Source: a virus | Strand: one strand, 5' to 3' | Virus record (IMG/VR): IMGVR_UViG_3300045988_149331 | Coordinates: 36,686 to 100,685 of that record | Length of the DNA: 64,000 nt | Shown: one piece after another, positions 1 to 8,165 of the stretch | How the letters are laid out: each line of letters opens with the position of its first letter | Position numbering within the stretch: the first letter of the stretch is position 1 | Notes under the pieces: model-generated | What the model saw: only the letters and a program-made list of their open reading frames with translations | Databases searched by the model: none | What the model was told of the DNA's origin: nothing | Program-made: the position numbers and the translations under genes

Positions 1-1687
1 GGGTGTTCAGTTCTTGAGACAACTTGTTGTAGTTATCCTCCGCGTCTTGCTGCTCCTTAAGAGCCTTCTTGGCTGCAGGAGAAGTGGTGAGCGGCAGTTT
101 CTGAATTTCATCACGAGCGTCTTGAACGGTAATCACCTTGGCGGAATCATCCAGTACAGCTTCGATGATAGCCCCGTTGTAACCAGCGTAACCACGGGCG
201 TTTTTGTAAGACGATGTGTGCTTGTACCCCGACGGCGTTTTATTGGCGTTATCAGAATCGTTGACGTGGAAATAGATTCCTTCGCCGTAAATACCTTGCG
301 TACCGTAGAAACACGCGTCGTTGTACTTGAAGTCGTCAGCGTAATATTCCGTATCACTGCCGCGCACATTAACGCCACGGAACAGATGGTATTTTGACTG
401 CGCCACCTTGGCCCAGAAGGTATTATCATCTACAACGTCAGGACGCACATCGAAACCGCGGGCCTTGCAAATATTGGACAGCATCTCCCATCCTACCTGA
501 TTATTGGTATTGGTTAACTTGTCCGCAGCACTGATTCCGCTGACGCTACTGTAGATTTCCGCCAACTCATCATCGGTGAACTCGCGGTACATTTCCGCAT
601 CCGGTTTCAGAGTTCGCGGCGCAACCTTTCTTTGCTGGCGTTGCAACTCTATCTCGTACTGTCCTCTGATGCGATCAAGGTCTTTGAAACGAGCCTCGAT
701 GATAGCACGCATCTTCGGTTTAGAGGCCAATTTACCAGCGTCGAAAAACGCCAACACCTCGTCTTTGCGTGCCTTTAAGGCGTCAATTTGGTTGATAAAA
801 TCCCGCGGCGTAAGGTTAGCTACAATCTGTGGGTTGTAGCGAACCATGCCGTCCCAGTCGATTTGACTGTTAAAAGGCTTATTGGCGCCTTGTGCTCGGT
901 AGTCGAACGTACCGCCGTTATCCACGCGATAGACTTTGCCGGCGGCGTCAACCAAGCAGTTGTCATTCTGGTAGATATCCCAGTTGGCCAAAAAGGCATC
1001 AACGGCGAAGCCTTTGGCCATAGCGTCATAGTCCTTGGCCTGCGGCTCACTCATACCGCGCATGTACGGCGAAATAAGCGTCAAATCGGTTCCGTCGTCG
1101 TACATTTCATATTCTGGCGTGTCGAGCCCCAAGAGGTCATAAACCTGCGCGGCGTAGTATTCTGCAGCAACGTGACCGCGATTAGTGTTTTTAGAACTCT
1201 TGACGACAAACTCACGCCCCTTAGAGTCCTTCATGAGTTTGGCTCCAGTACTACCGCCGAGGTCCTGCACATAGGTGAGGTCTGAAGGATCGGCAGGGAA
1301 CATCTCGTTCAACTGCTTCTCTTCCTGAGCCAGCATGGCTTTAGAACGAAAGGCTCCTTTTCCAATAGGTTGGCCGTTGGCGGTCTTGTAAACTCGCCAG
1401 TCGTACGTCGTCTTGGCGTTAGGAGTCAGCGTCCAAATGTACACCACGCCATTCACGACCTTGGTCTGGCCAGGCATGATGGCTTTGGCTATCTCGGGGT
1501 CTTGATCGATACCGTGGATGTGGTCATACACCGATTTGGCGACGTACAGGTTGTACGAATAGTCGTCAGCAAAGTCTTCAGACCGCGCCTTATACGCTTC
1601 ACACGCCTTCTCCAGTACGGCATCAGATATCTCGCCCTCAGCGTTACGGAGGGCGAAGACATCGAGTGCTTTTCTGAGTTCATCCAT
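1..1687 (-). CDS. large multidomain protein, 3' end cut by window edge: protein-kinase-like core plus PARP/ART-like domain
   Basis: Absent from supplied ORF track (no stop inside window). Hand translation from ATG 1687-1685 (MDELRKALDVF...) stays open to position 1 (562 codons). Motifs GGSTGAK..VVK, DAFLANWDIYQNDN, VDNGG (kinase-like); LFRGV..(33 aa)..YGEGIYFHV..IIEAV (PARP/ART-like). Confidence 0.6.
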   Translation of the reverse strand, partial: MDELRKALDVFALRNAEGEISDAVLEKACEAYKARSEDFADDYSYNLYVAKSVYDHIHGIDQDPEIAKAIMPGQTKVVNGVVYIWTLTPNAKTTYDWRVYKTANGQPIGKGAFRSKAMLAQEEKQLNEMFPADPSDLTYVQDLGGSTGAKLMKDSKGREFVVKSSKNTNRGHVAAEYYAAQVYDLLGLDTPEYEMYDDGTDLTLISPYMRGMSEPQAKDYDAMAKGFAVDAFLANWDIYQNDNCLVDAAGKVYRVDNGGTFDYRAQGANKPFNSQIDWDGMVRYNPQIVANLTPRDFINQIDALKARKDEVLAFFDAGKLASKPKMRAIIEARFKDLDRIRGQYEIELQRQQRKVAPRTLKPDAEMYREFTDDELAEIYSSVSGISAADKLTNTNNQVGWEMLSNICKARGFDVRPDVVDDNTFWAKVAQSKYHLFRGVNVRGSDTEYYADDFKYNDACFYGTQGIYGEGIYFHVNDSDNANKTPSGYKHTSSYKNARGYAGYNGAIIEAVLDDSAKVITVQDARDEIQKLPLTTSPAAKKALKEQQDAEDNYNKLSQELNT

Positions 1688-1693
1688 GGCTGG

Positions 1694-3451
1694 CTATTCG
1701 AACAACAGGGTTTCTGCCTTTTCGATCGACATTTCATCAACGTGGAGTGCGCCAAGATCAATCTCTTTGGCCTTCCACGTATCAGGGATCATGTCTTCAG
1801 CACCGAGTGTTTTGGCGCGACGCTTGATCCAGCGGCGAGCGCGTTCGGGGTTCTTAGCGTTGCCGGCGAGGCGGATGGCATTCTTCAGATCAGACTTGTT
1901 GCGGATCGGGAACGAGCCGTCGGGGAGGGCCTCCTTTTTCTTGGCGAGTTTATCGCGCTGCTCTTCGGTGAAATCGGCCTTTTCGAGCGATTCTGCGCCG
2001 TTAAGTAACTGCTCGGCCTTACTGATCGCGTCGGAGGTTTCGATCGGTTGAATGGCCTCATACGCGAGACTCTTCGTCAGCGCACGCACGGCACTCTTCT
2101 CCCACTCCTTTTGCTTCGCACCGATGAGGTTCGTCCACTCACCGCCCTGTTGGGCCATACGGTTAGAACGTTCCGTAGAGCGTTTTTCTGACAGAATGGT
2201 ACCGAAAGTACGGGTGGTAAACTTGGCGGGATCGATCTTATCCTTATTCTTGACGATCAAATCGAACAGCTCTTGGCGTTCGGCCTTGTCCTCTTCAGGA
2301 TCGTCAAGGTGAGGTGCCTGAGGTACGTCCATACTGGCGAATCGGTCTTTTAGTACCTCGATAGTTTCATCAACCGTCAGGTACACCTCCGACGAAAGCG
2401 TAGCGCGGCTGATGATAGCTTTAGTATCTTCGTTCTTGGCGAGGTTCACCAAGTCCTTGTTGGTCATGATGATGATACGTCCCGTGAATACGAAATTCGA
2501 CTTGACGTCTTCAGGGTCGCCGACGACGCGTTTACCACTGGCGGCAGTAGCTTTCTTCATGATAGAAGCCAGGTCGGCGCGGGTGATAACGGAATCGGTA
2601 TCGTCGAACAGCAGAATCTTGCCGTTGTGGGCCTTGAGTACGCCCAACAGCTGCTTCTTGGAGTTGATATCACCAAGTTCAACGTAGTCATAATCGCCGT
2701 CGCCAGGGGCGTCGGTCTCAGCGTCAAACGGACGCTTGTTGAGCAGTTCGGCGATCTTCTTGAAACCGTACGACTTACCAACGCCTGCGCCTCCGGCCGA
2801 GATCATGAAGCGTTGCTCCTTGTTGTCCAAGAACTCCAGATACTGGCGGTTCAGGTCGTACATTACCTCAACGGGCGGCTGGTAGTCGGGGTCCTTACGC
2901 TTCATCTTGTAGACGAAACGGTCGTAGGCGATACGGTCTTGGCGGTTCTGGAGTTTGTTGAATTTCTTCTGAACACGCGGGTCCTCGGGGTTGAGGAACC
3001 AGTCTTCCATAATCTCGCCATCGACGTTTTCACCTTCGCCGTCGTTAATATCAACCTTGTCTTGGGCGTTAGTAGGCGCAACGTCGTCCTGCTTGGAGGT
3101 CATCTTCAGCAGCGCGTCGAGTGTACCGGAGGTATCAACAGCCGAAGCGTCGAATTCGTCACGCGTCTTCAACTCCTCATAGGCAATCTTACGCAACTGC
3201 GCGTTGCCCTTGGGGTTGTTTACTACTTTGAGCAGATTGTCTGCGGAGGTACGCTTGGCCCACTCTTCAAGGCTGGCGGAACCGCCAGCAGAACCCGATT
3301 TACCTTCGTCGGCGGCAGGAGCCTTCTTGTTCTTGGCGTTTTTGTCGAGACGCCAGTTGAACTTTCCTGGCTTGTATTCGGTCCAAACCCACGGCTGTGT
3401 AGGGTGGTGGTCGCCGACGTTGTGTTTTGCTTTTTGGATAATGTCTGACAT
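1694..3451 (-). CDS. AAA+ type P-loop ATPase domain protein
   Basis: Walker A GGAGVGKS, Walker B ILLFDD, sensor-1-like IIIMTN, SR arginine; N-terminal module (aa 56-97) shared with the ART protein at 8165-9919. Confidence 0.6.
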   Translation of the reverse strand: MSDIIQKAKHNVGDHHPTQPWVWTEYKPGKFNWRLDKNAKNKKAPAADEGKSGSAGGSASLEEWAKRTSADNLLKVVNNPKGNAQLRKIAYEELKTRDEFDASAVDTSGTLDALLKMTSKQDDVAPTNAQDKVDINDGEGENVDGEIMEDWFLNPEDPRVQKKFNKLQNRQDRIAYDRFVYKMKRKDPDYQPPVEVMYDLNRQYLEFLDNKEQRFMISAGGAGVGKSYGFKKIAELLNKRPFDAETDAPGDGDYDYVELGDINSKKQLLGVLKAHNGKILLFDDTDSVITRADLASIMKKATAASGKRVVGDPEDVKSNFVFTGRIIIMTNKDLVNLAKNEDTKAIISRATLSSEVYLTVDETIEVLKDRFASMDVPQAPHLDDPEEDKAERQELFDLIVKNKDKIDPAKFTTRTFGTILSEKRSTERSNRMAQQGGEWTNLIGAKQKEWEKSAVRALTKSLAYEAIQPIETSDAISKAEQLLNGAESLEKADFTEEQRDKLAKKKEALPDGSFPIRNKSDLKNAIRLAGNAKNPERARRWIKRRAKTLGAEDMIPDTWKAKEIDLGALHVDEMSIEKAETLLFE

Positions 3452-3486
3452 ACGTTGTGCAGTTTTCCAGATAAATACTTGGAAAT

Positions 3487-4296
3487 CTACACCTCCACCG
3501 CGTCAAAGTCAATATCAAATTTCTTGTACACAATTCGCAACTCCGGTACGCCGTTAATTGGCTTCTTCTTTTCGTCAATACGAGCGTTCAACGGCCAGCG
3601 CTTGAGTATGATGTCGTGCGCCCGCTGCACGCGCTCCTGGCGTTCGTATACGTCTTGGAGACCGCCGCCCTGGTTGGCTTCCTTGTTCATCTTACTCTGG
3701 AGAAGGAACCGCACGAACCGCGCGTAGACGATTCCCAGGTACATGCATTTCAACGAATAGTCGATGTCGCATTTCAACTCCAACTTTTCGTCAAAGTCCA
3801 GTTCCAGCGTCCGTAGCCCCTTGAAGACGATCAAGTGTGGAATACCGCCGTACTTGAAGCGCGGGCTGACGTCGGTACAACTCCAGTCGAAGGCGCTCTT
3901 GCCCATCGTTCCATACTCAAAATCGGTTTCCATGACCTCGCGATCAAACTCCTCAAAGAACTCGCTGAGTTCTTCCGGCGTTTTCAACGACAGCCCACAC
4001 TTGGCTTCACCGTCGATCGAGTAGAAGAAGTTGGCGATGTCGTCATCCATCACCACCACCGGGTGGTTCTTGCGGAGGTAGGTGTTCTTGCAGAAATTTA
4101 CCACGTAGCTGTAGCCGCGGTTCGAGGCCGGCAGCACAATCAGCCGCTCACGGGCGTGACCCGCTTCGACGTATTTTTCAACGTCCTCCTTTTCGACCAC
4201 AATATTGTAGTCAACGCCGCCCTTTTCCAACAGTTTAGTCGTGACGCACTTGGGGCGGTTCTTGGACACGACGAAGAATTGACAGTTCATACTCAA
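3487..4296 (-). CDS. GT-A-like (DxD) glycosyltransferase-like protein, paralog of 21202-22017
   Basis: N-terminal beta-strand FFVVSKNRP, DxD motif VVMDDDI, C-terminal KCDIDYSL..NQGGG..Y segment alignable with KEDFAVAC..NAAGG..Y of 21202-22017; ATGA overlap with upstream gene. Confidence 0.35.
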   Translation of the reverse strand: MSMNCQFFVVSKNRPKCVTTKLLEKGGVDYNIVVEKEDVEKYVEAGHARERLIVLPASNRGYSYVVNFCKNTYLRKNHPVVVMDDDIANFFYSIDGEAKCGLSLKTPEELSEFFEEFDREVMETDFEYGTMGKSAFDWSCTDVSPRFKYGGIPHLIVFKGLRTLELDFDEKLELKCDIDYSLKCMYLGIVYARFVRFLLQSKMNKEANQGGGLQDVYERQERVQRAHDIILKRWPLNARIDEKKKPINGVPELRIVYKKFDIDFDAVEV

Positions 4297-4973
4297 AAGG
4301 GTAATTCACCTTCGGACCATATTTCCTCGGGTGGGTTTTGTTCTATGAAACGTTGATATTTGTCTATCGTAGGCTCCAGCGACGGGTAGAACCTAAAGGC
4401 AAGTTCCCACTTGACGTCAAACATATCGTCGCACGGGACTTTGCGCTTCATCAACACATTTTCGTTGTTGTAGCACTGAATTGTGACTTGCTGACGGCCA
4501 CGCGAAGTGTACGAATAGGGAAAGTCGCGATAGTACTCAGCCAGCGAAACCGTATCTTGAACAACGTCGTGAATGAACTGATTGAAGGGGTGTCCCAGCC
4601 CCAACGGCGCCAATACGGTATAACCACGGTTGCGTCGTAGGAAACGACGCAAATGGTCGCGAAGCGTTTGTTCGGCGAAATTAAGCGTGTCAGTTCCGTA
4701 TTTAGTTCTGAGGTACGTATAGACGCTGGAGAGATTAAAGTCCTTGAAATGGTCGCCAAAATCGCTACAAATCGCATCTTCGAACCCAGTGTCGAAGACA
4801 TCCATCGTAATACCCATGAATTCATAGAGCGATCGCTGTTCTACAACGCGGTTTGGGTCGCTATCTACAGTAAGCACCCGAACGTCATATTCGGGTGCTA
4901 CTAAAACGTGACAAGCGCTCATCAGGAGATCACCCGCGTGAGGCTCGACACACAGGTACTTTATTTTTCCCAT
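4293..4973 (-). CDS. PIG-L/LmbE-like deacetylase-like protein
   Basis: N-terminus LCVEPHAGDLLMSACHVL..DVRVLTV resembles the (v)aHPDDe..gG..L...V.vv.lT signature of PIG-L family; overlaps both neighbours. Confidence 0.4.
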   Translation of the reverse strand: MGKIKYLCVEPHAGDLLMSACHVLVAPEYDVRVLTVDSDPNRVVEQRSLYEFMGITMDVFDTGFEDAICSDFGDHFKDFNLSSVYTYLRTKYGTDTLNFAEQTLRDHLRRFLRRNRGYTVLAPLGLGHPFNQFIHDVVQDTVSLAEYYRDFPYSYTSRGRQQVTIQCYNNENVLMKRKVPCDDMFDVKWELAFRFYPSLEPTIDKYQRFIEQNPPEEIWSEGELPF

Positions 4974-5920
4974 GGCCGCTTGTAGATTTTCTCAGCGCAG
5001 GGGCCGTCTTTCGACACGTCCTCAGCCATCTTCCGGATTTCCGGCGTGATAGGCGGCAGCGTTTGCTTACCCATTTTGTCAGGCAGGAAGCCGACGCGGA
5101 CGCTTACGTGCGTACACCCCTGACACGGGCGGAAGCGGCGGTCGTTGTTGTACAGCATGACACGGGCGGCGTGAAAGCGCGGGTGGTTCCACAGGTCTTC
5201 GATGGGCATGTCGTGGATGTTGGCGATTGGGTACTCACCGCGGAAGTCATCACAGCACAGACACACCTGGCCATTCCACCTCACGTCCAGTTCGCGGAAC
5301 GGGAAGGTGCACCGCTTGTTGTTGAACGAATCGTCAAGCGGGAAGGCCGCGCCGCAGTGGTTGGCCAGGCGACGTGTCATCTTGTTGGTGTCGTCGTGGG
5401 CGATAGGCGGCAGCAAGCAGATACGACGGCCCTGCTTGGGGTAGTAGTACGGAACGCCGGGTTCCAGCGTCACGACGTTGTACTTATCAACATCGATCTT
5501 CTCGACGAAATTCCAGTCGCCGTTGGCCGTGTAGCAGTCCACCAGAATATCGTTCATACCTGCTCCGAACAGCGCGTCGAGGTACGCCTCGGTGTCTTCA
5601 GCGTGGTTCATGGCGTAACCGTTACTGTACATATGAAACACAGCCTTCGGCAAGTGCTTGCGGAACGTGGCGACGATGTCGATGAAGGCAGGATTCAGCG
5701 TCGGTTCGCCGTGCATAGCGAACACGAACTTACAGTTCCAACCCACCCGCGCTACCTCCGAAGCAATACGCTCGGCCGTTTCGACGGTCATGAAATTCCA
5801 GGGCTTGGTCCCCTTTTCACGCATACCGTGTAAACCGCAGAACGAACAACCGAGGTTACAGCCCTCGGTAGGTTCAATCTGCATGGTAAACGGGGGGTCT
5901 TGTACGATTTTGTTTTTCAT
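4961..5920 (-). CDS. radical SAM enzyme with SPASM/twitch-like C-terminal Cys-rich domain
   Basis: CNLGCSFC (CX3CX2C) at aa 21-28, GEPTLNP SAM-binding motif, C-terminal C..GQVCLCCDD...CQGC cluster pattern. Confidence 0.8.
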   Translation of the reverse strand: MKNKIVQDPPFTMQIEPTEGCNLGCSFCGLHGMREKGTKPWNFMTVETAERIASEVARVGWNCKFVFAMHGEPTLNPAFIDIVATFRKHLPKAVFHMYSNGYAMNHAEDTEAYLDALFGAGMNDILVDCYTANGDWNFVEKIDVDKYNVVTLEPGVPYYYPKQGRRICLLPPIAHDDTNKMTRRLANHCGAAFPLDDSFNNKRCTFPFRELDVRWNGQVCLCCDDFRGEYPIANIHDMPIEDLWNHPRFHAARVMLYNNDRRFRPCQGCTHVSVRVGFLPDKMGKQTLPPITPEIRKMAEDVSKDGPCAEKIYKRPWEK

Positions 5921-6852
5921 TATTTTGTAACTTTAATGTTGAGTTTCACGTTCTTTAACTTTGGGTCTTTGAACTGACGCTTGACGGGCTTGGTGAAAGC
6001 GCGGGTTGCGGGGTCCCAATCGAAATTATCAGGCTTGTAATTAACCTGACACCGGCAGTAGGGGTGCGTCGGGTTAATCGTAGGGAGCCACTCTGCCGCC
6101 TTACGACCGATGTTGTTACCGTTAGCGATAAGGTCCGCCAAACGGAACAGTTTCGGTTTCGAGGTAGGGTCCTCGGGGTCTTCTAAGTACAACTCCCGGC
6201 ACTTAGCGCACGCGCCTGGATAGACGTCGAAATACACTTTGGCGTCAGGCCCGTGTTGCTTGAAAATACTTTCAGCACGGCCCACGTTGTAGGCTTCGTG
6301 CAGGAGATAGTACGCAATACGCAGCCAATCGCGTCCCCAGTCTTGGGTAAGGTTTCCCAGTTCGCTGGCTACATAGCGCGCCCCCTTACGGAGTTGAACG
6401 GCTTGAATGGCCTTATCTTTGATTTGCTGGCGTATAGCGGCCTGCTGACGGAAATTCGACTTGAGGATGGTGTTGCGTGTCCCGGTGACGATACGGTTGC
6501 CAAGCGATGTGATGTCGGTGTAGGCGCGGTTCTTGAGGTAATTGAGGGCGTTCTCTTCCTGTTCAGTGAGCGGTACAAAGTTTCCTGATTTCAAGAACTG
6601 AAGAAACTGTTTGTAGTTCATCTTCTTGGCGCGGGTATCGCCGATAGCCTCAGCCAAGATTCCAAACAGAAAGGCGTGTTCGATTATACCCTTAGAGTTC
6701 TTGTACTTATCGACGTTGACGCCTGACGCCACCAAGATGTCGATCTCCGACTGGGTCAGAAAATCCAATCCGACGTGCTTAGCAATAAACAGGTACTGCC
6801 AGCGCCGGAGAATACCGACCATGTCGTCTATTTGGCGGTTATTGAAAATCAT
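5920..6852 (-). CDS. Mu F / SPP1 gp7-like minor head (virion-internal) protein
   Basis: C-terminal NPTHPYCRCQV matches the HPxCRC signature of Phage_Mu_F family; 1-nt overlaps with both neighbours. Confidence 0.5.
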   Translation of the reverse strand: MIFNNRQIDDMVGILRRWQYLFIAKHVGLDFLTQSEIDILVASGVNVDKYKNSKGIIEHAFLFGILAEAIGDTRAKKMNYKQFLQFLKSGNFVPLTEQEENALNYLKNRAYTDITSLGNRIVTGTRNTILKSNFRQQAAIRQQIKDKAIQAVQLRKGARYVASELGNLTQDWGRDWLRIAYYLLHEAYNVGRAESIFKQHGPDAKVYFDVYPGACAKCRELYLEDPEDPTSKPKLFRLADLIANGNNIGRKAAEWLPTINPTHPYCRCQVNYKPDNFDWDPATRAFTKPVKRQFKDPKLKNVKLNIKVTK

Positions 6853-7490
6853 CAGTCTTCAGTGCTCCAAGAGCCGTCGTTTTTTAATTCCCTGGCTTTT
6901 GGTCCATCAGATACAGTCTTCTTGATACCATATTCCCCAGGGCGTTCGTTTTCTTCACTCCGTACCTTGTTCGCAGTTTCCGCCGCTTTTTGATACGAAC
7001 CACTCTTTACCTTCCGTAACAAACGAATGTCTTCTATCTTTATGGAATTTGGATATTTGCCCCCTATTTTGTTAACAAGTCCGTCTATTTTCACCTCAAA
7101 GCTATCGCCATCGCGGCTAACTATCTTCCCAACTGAATATGAATGATAACCGGAGCCGTTATTAACATGAACAATTACGACATCGCCATGGCTTAAATCG
7201 GAAGGTTCAACCTCGTGTCCTGAATTAAAATCCTCAACGGTGTACTGGTACAGTTTCTTGTTAGGTAATTTAATTGGCTTGAACTTAGGTTCTTTGTAAG
7301 GCATCCCAACGCGCCCTAATTTCCGATTTTCAGACGTGTCGGCGTATCGCCCGGTCTTCGAACGGGCTTTCTCCAACGCATCGCCGTCGGTTAGGTTTCC
7401 TTCAAAAGCACCTATGGCTTTACACAAGTGGTCGTGGCGATATTGATTGGCTTCATGAAATGCCCTCGTCACTTCATCTACTACTCCCAT
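6852..7490 (-). CDS. hypothetical protein with EKAR..Y.D...NRKLGRVG module and SH3/Tudor-like beta domain
   Basis: aa 40-65 LEKARSKTGRYADTSENRKLGRVGMPY matches aa 29-55 of the ART protein; C-terminal GDVVIVHV..YSVGKIVSRDGDSFEV beta-barrel-like repeat. Confidence 0.5.
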   Translation of the reverse strand: MGVVDEVTRAFHEANQYRHDHLCKAIGAFEGNLTDGDALEKARSKTGRYADTSENRKLGRVGMPYKEPKFKPIKLPNKKLYQYTVEDFNSGHEVEPSDLSHGDVVIVHVNNGSGYHSYSVGKIVSRDGDSFEVKIDGLVNKIGGKYPNSIKIEDIRLLRKVKSGSYQKAAETANKVRSEENERPGEYGIKKTVSDGPKARELKNDGSWSTED

Positions 7491-7993
7491 AATCTTACTC
7501 GTGATTCATGGCCGTGTTTAACGGCAATTCTACCGTTGTTAAGGTCGATTTCAACGCTCTTATCGGTAAGTGCAACAACTTTTCCAGGCTTATAACAAAA
7601 CCCATTTTCAGCGTTCCCCAACTTGACGATAACAGCTCTGTACTTGGTGAGTTCGGAAAAGTCTTTGATCTTGATGGCTTCTTCGTCAAACATCTTTTTC
7701 CAAAACCACTCGATATCAGGCCAGAGGCGAACCTCTTCGTTAACCCCTAACGACGCTGTAATCGGCGCACCATTGGGGAACAAATTCACCTCACACTTAC
7801 CATCACTGACGCGTGATAGCGTACCGATGTTATACCTCACCTTCCCCTTATCATCCTTCACGCGAACGATGACTCGTACAGGGTAAGGCGGTGTTACCTT
7901 CAACGCGCTGTTAGCAGCGATTGTTGTGCCGATATGCCAAATCTTCTCAGCCTTCGCTGCTGACACGGCCCAAATTATTTTTCTTTGGTCCAT
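7481..7993 (-). CDS. hypothetical protein, two tandem SH3/Tudor-like beta-barrel repeats
   Basis: Two internal repeats of pattern V.V......G..Y..G.v....d...E..L..G.......e.vRLW. Confidence 0.5.
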   Translation of the reverse strand: MDQRKIIWAVSAAKAEKIWHIGTTIAANSALKVTPPYPVRVIVRVKDDKGKVRYNIGTLSRVSDGKCEVNLFPNGAPITASLGVNEEVRLWPDIEWFWKKMFDEEAIKIKDFSELTKYRAVIVKLGNAENGFCYKPGKVVALTDKSVEIDLNNGRIAVKHGHESRVRLWE

Positions 7994-8165
7994 CTTCCTT
8001 TAATTCTTTTACCGCCGCAGCCGTAGCGTCGGCGATGTATTTTAGTACATCGCCTAACGCAGCGGCGTTGTTGGCGTTCCATTCGCGGATAAACCGATCT
8101 TCGTACTGAGTAACGGTGGGGAATGGCGACGGCAAAAAGTGGGTATGTTTGGCGTTGTAAGGCAT
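7947..8165 (-). CDS. hypothetical small protein
   Basis: 72-aa ORF whose ATG overlaps the ART gene stop (TAATG at 8163-8167); 3' end overlaps next gene by 47 nt, so uncertain. Confidence 0.3.
   Translation of the reverse strand: MPYNAKHTHFLPSPFPTVTQYEDRFIREWNANNAAALGDVLKYIADATAAAVKELKEDGPKKNNLGRVSSEG

Noticed and set aside
1694-3451. The P-loop protein as the missing 5-hmdU DNA kinase of a hypermodification pathway.
   Set aside because: The motif pattern (Walker A, hhhhDD, TN sensor 1, SR finger) is AAA+-like rather than polynucleotide-kinase-like. It also shares a delivery-type N-terminal module with the ART protein.
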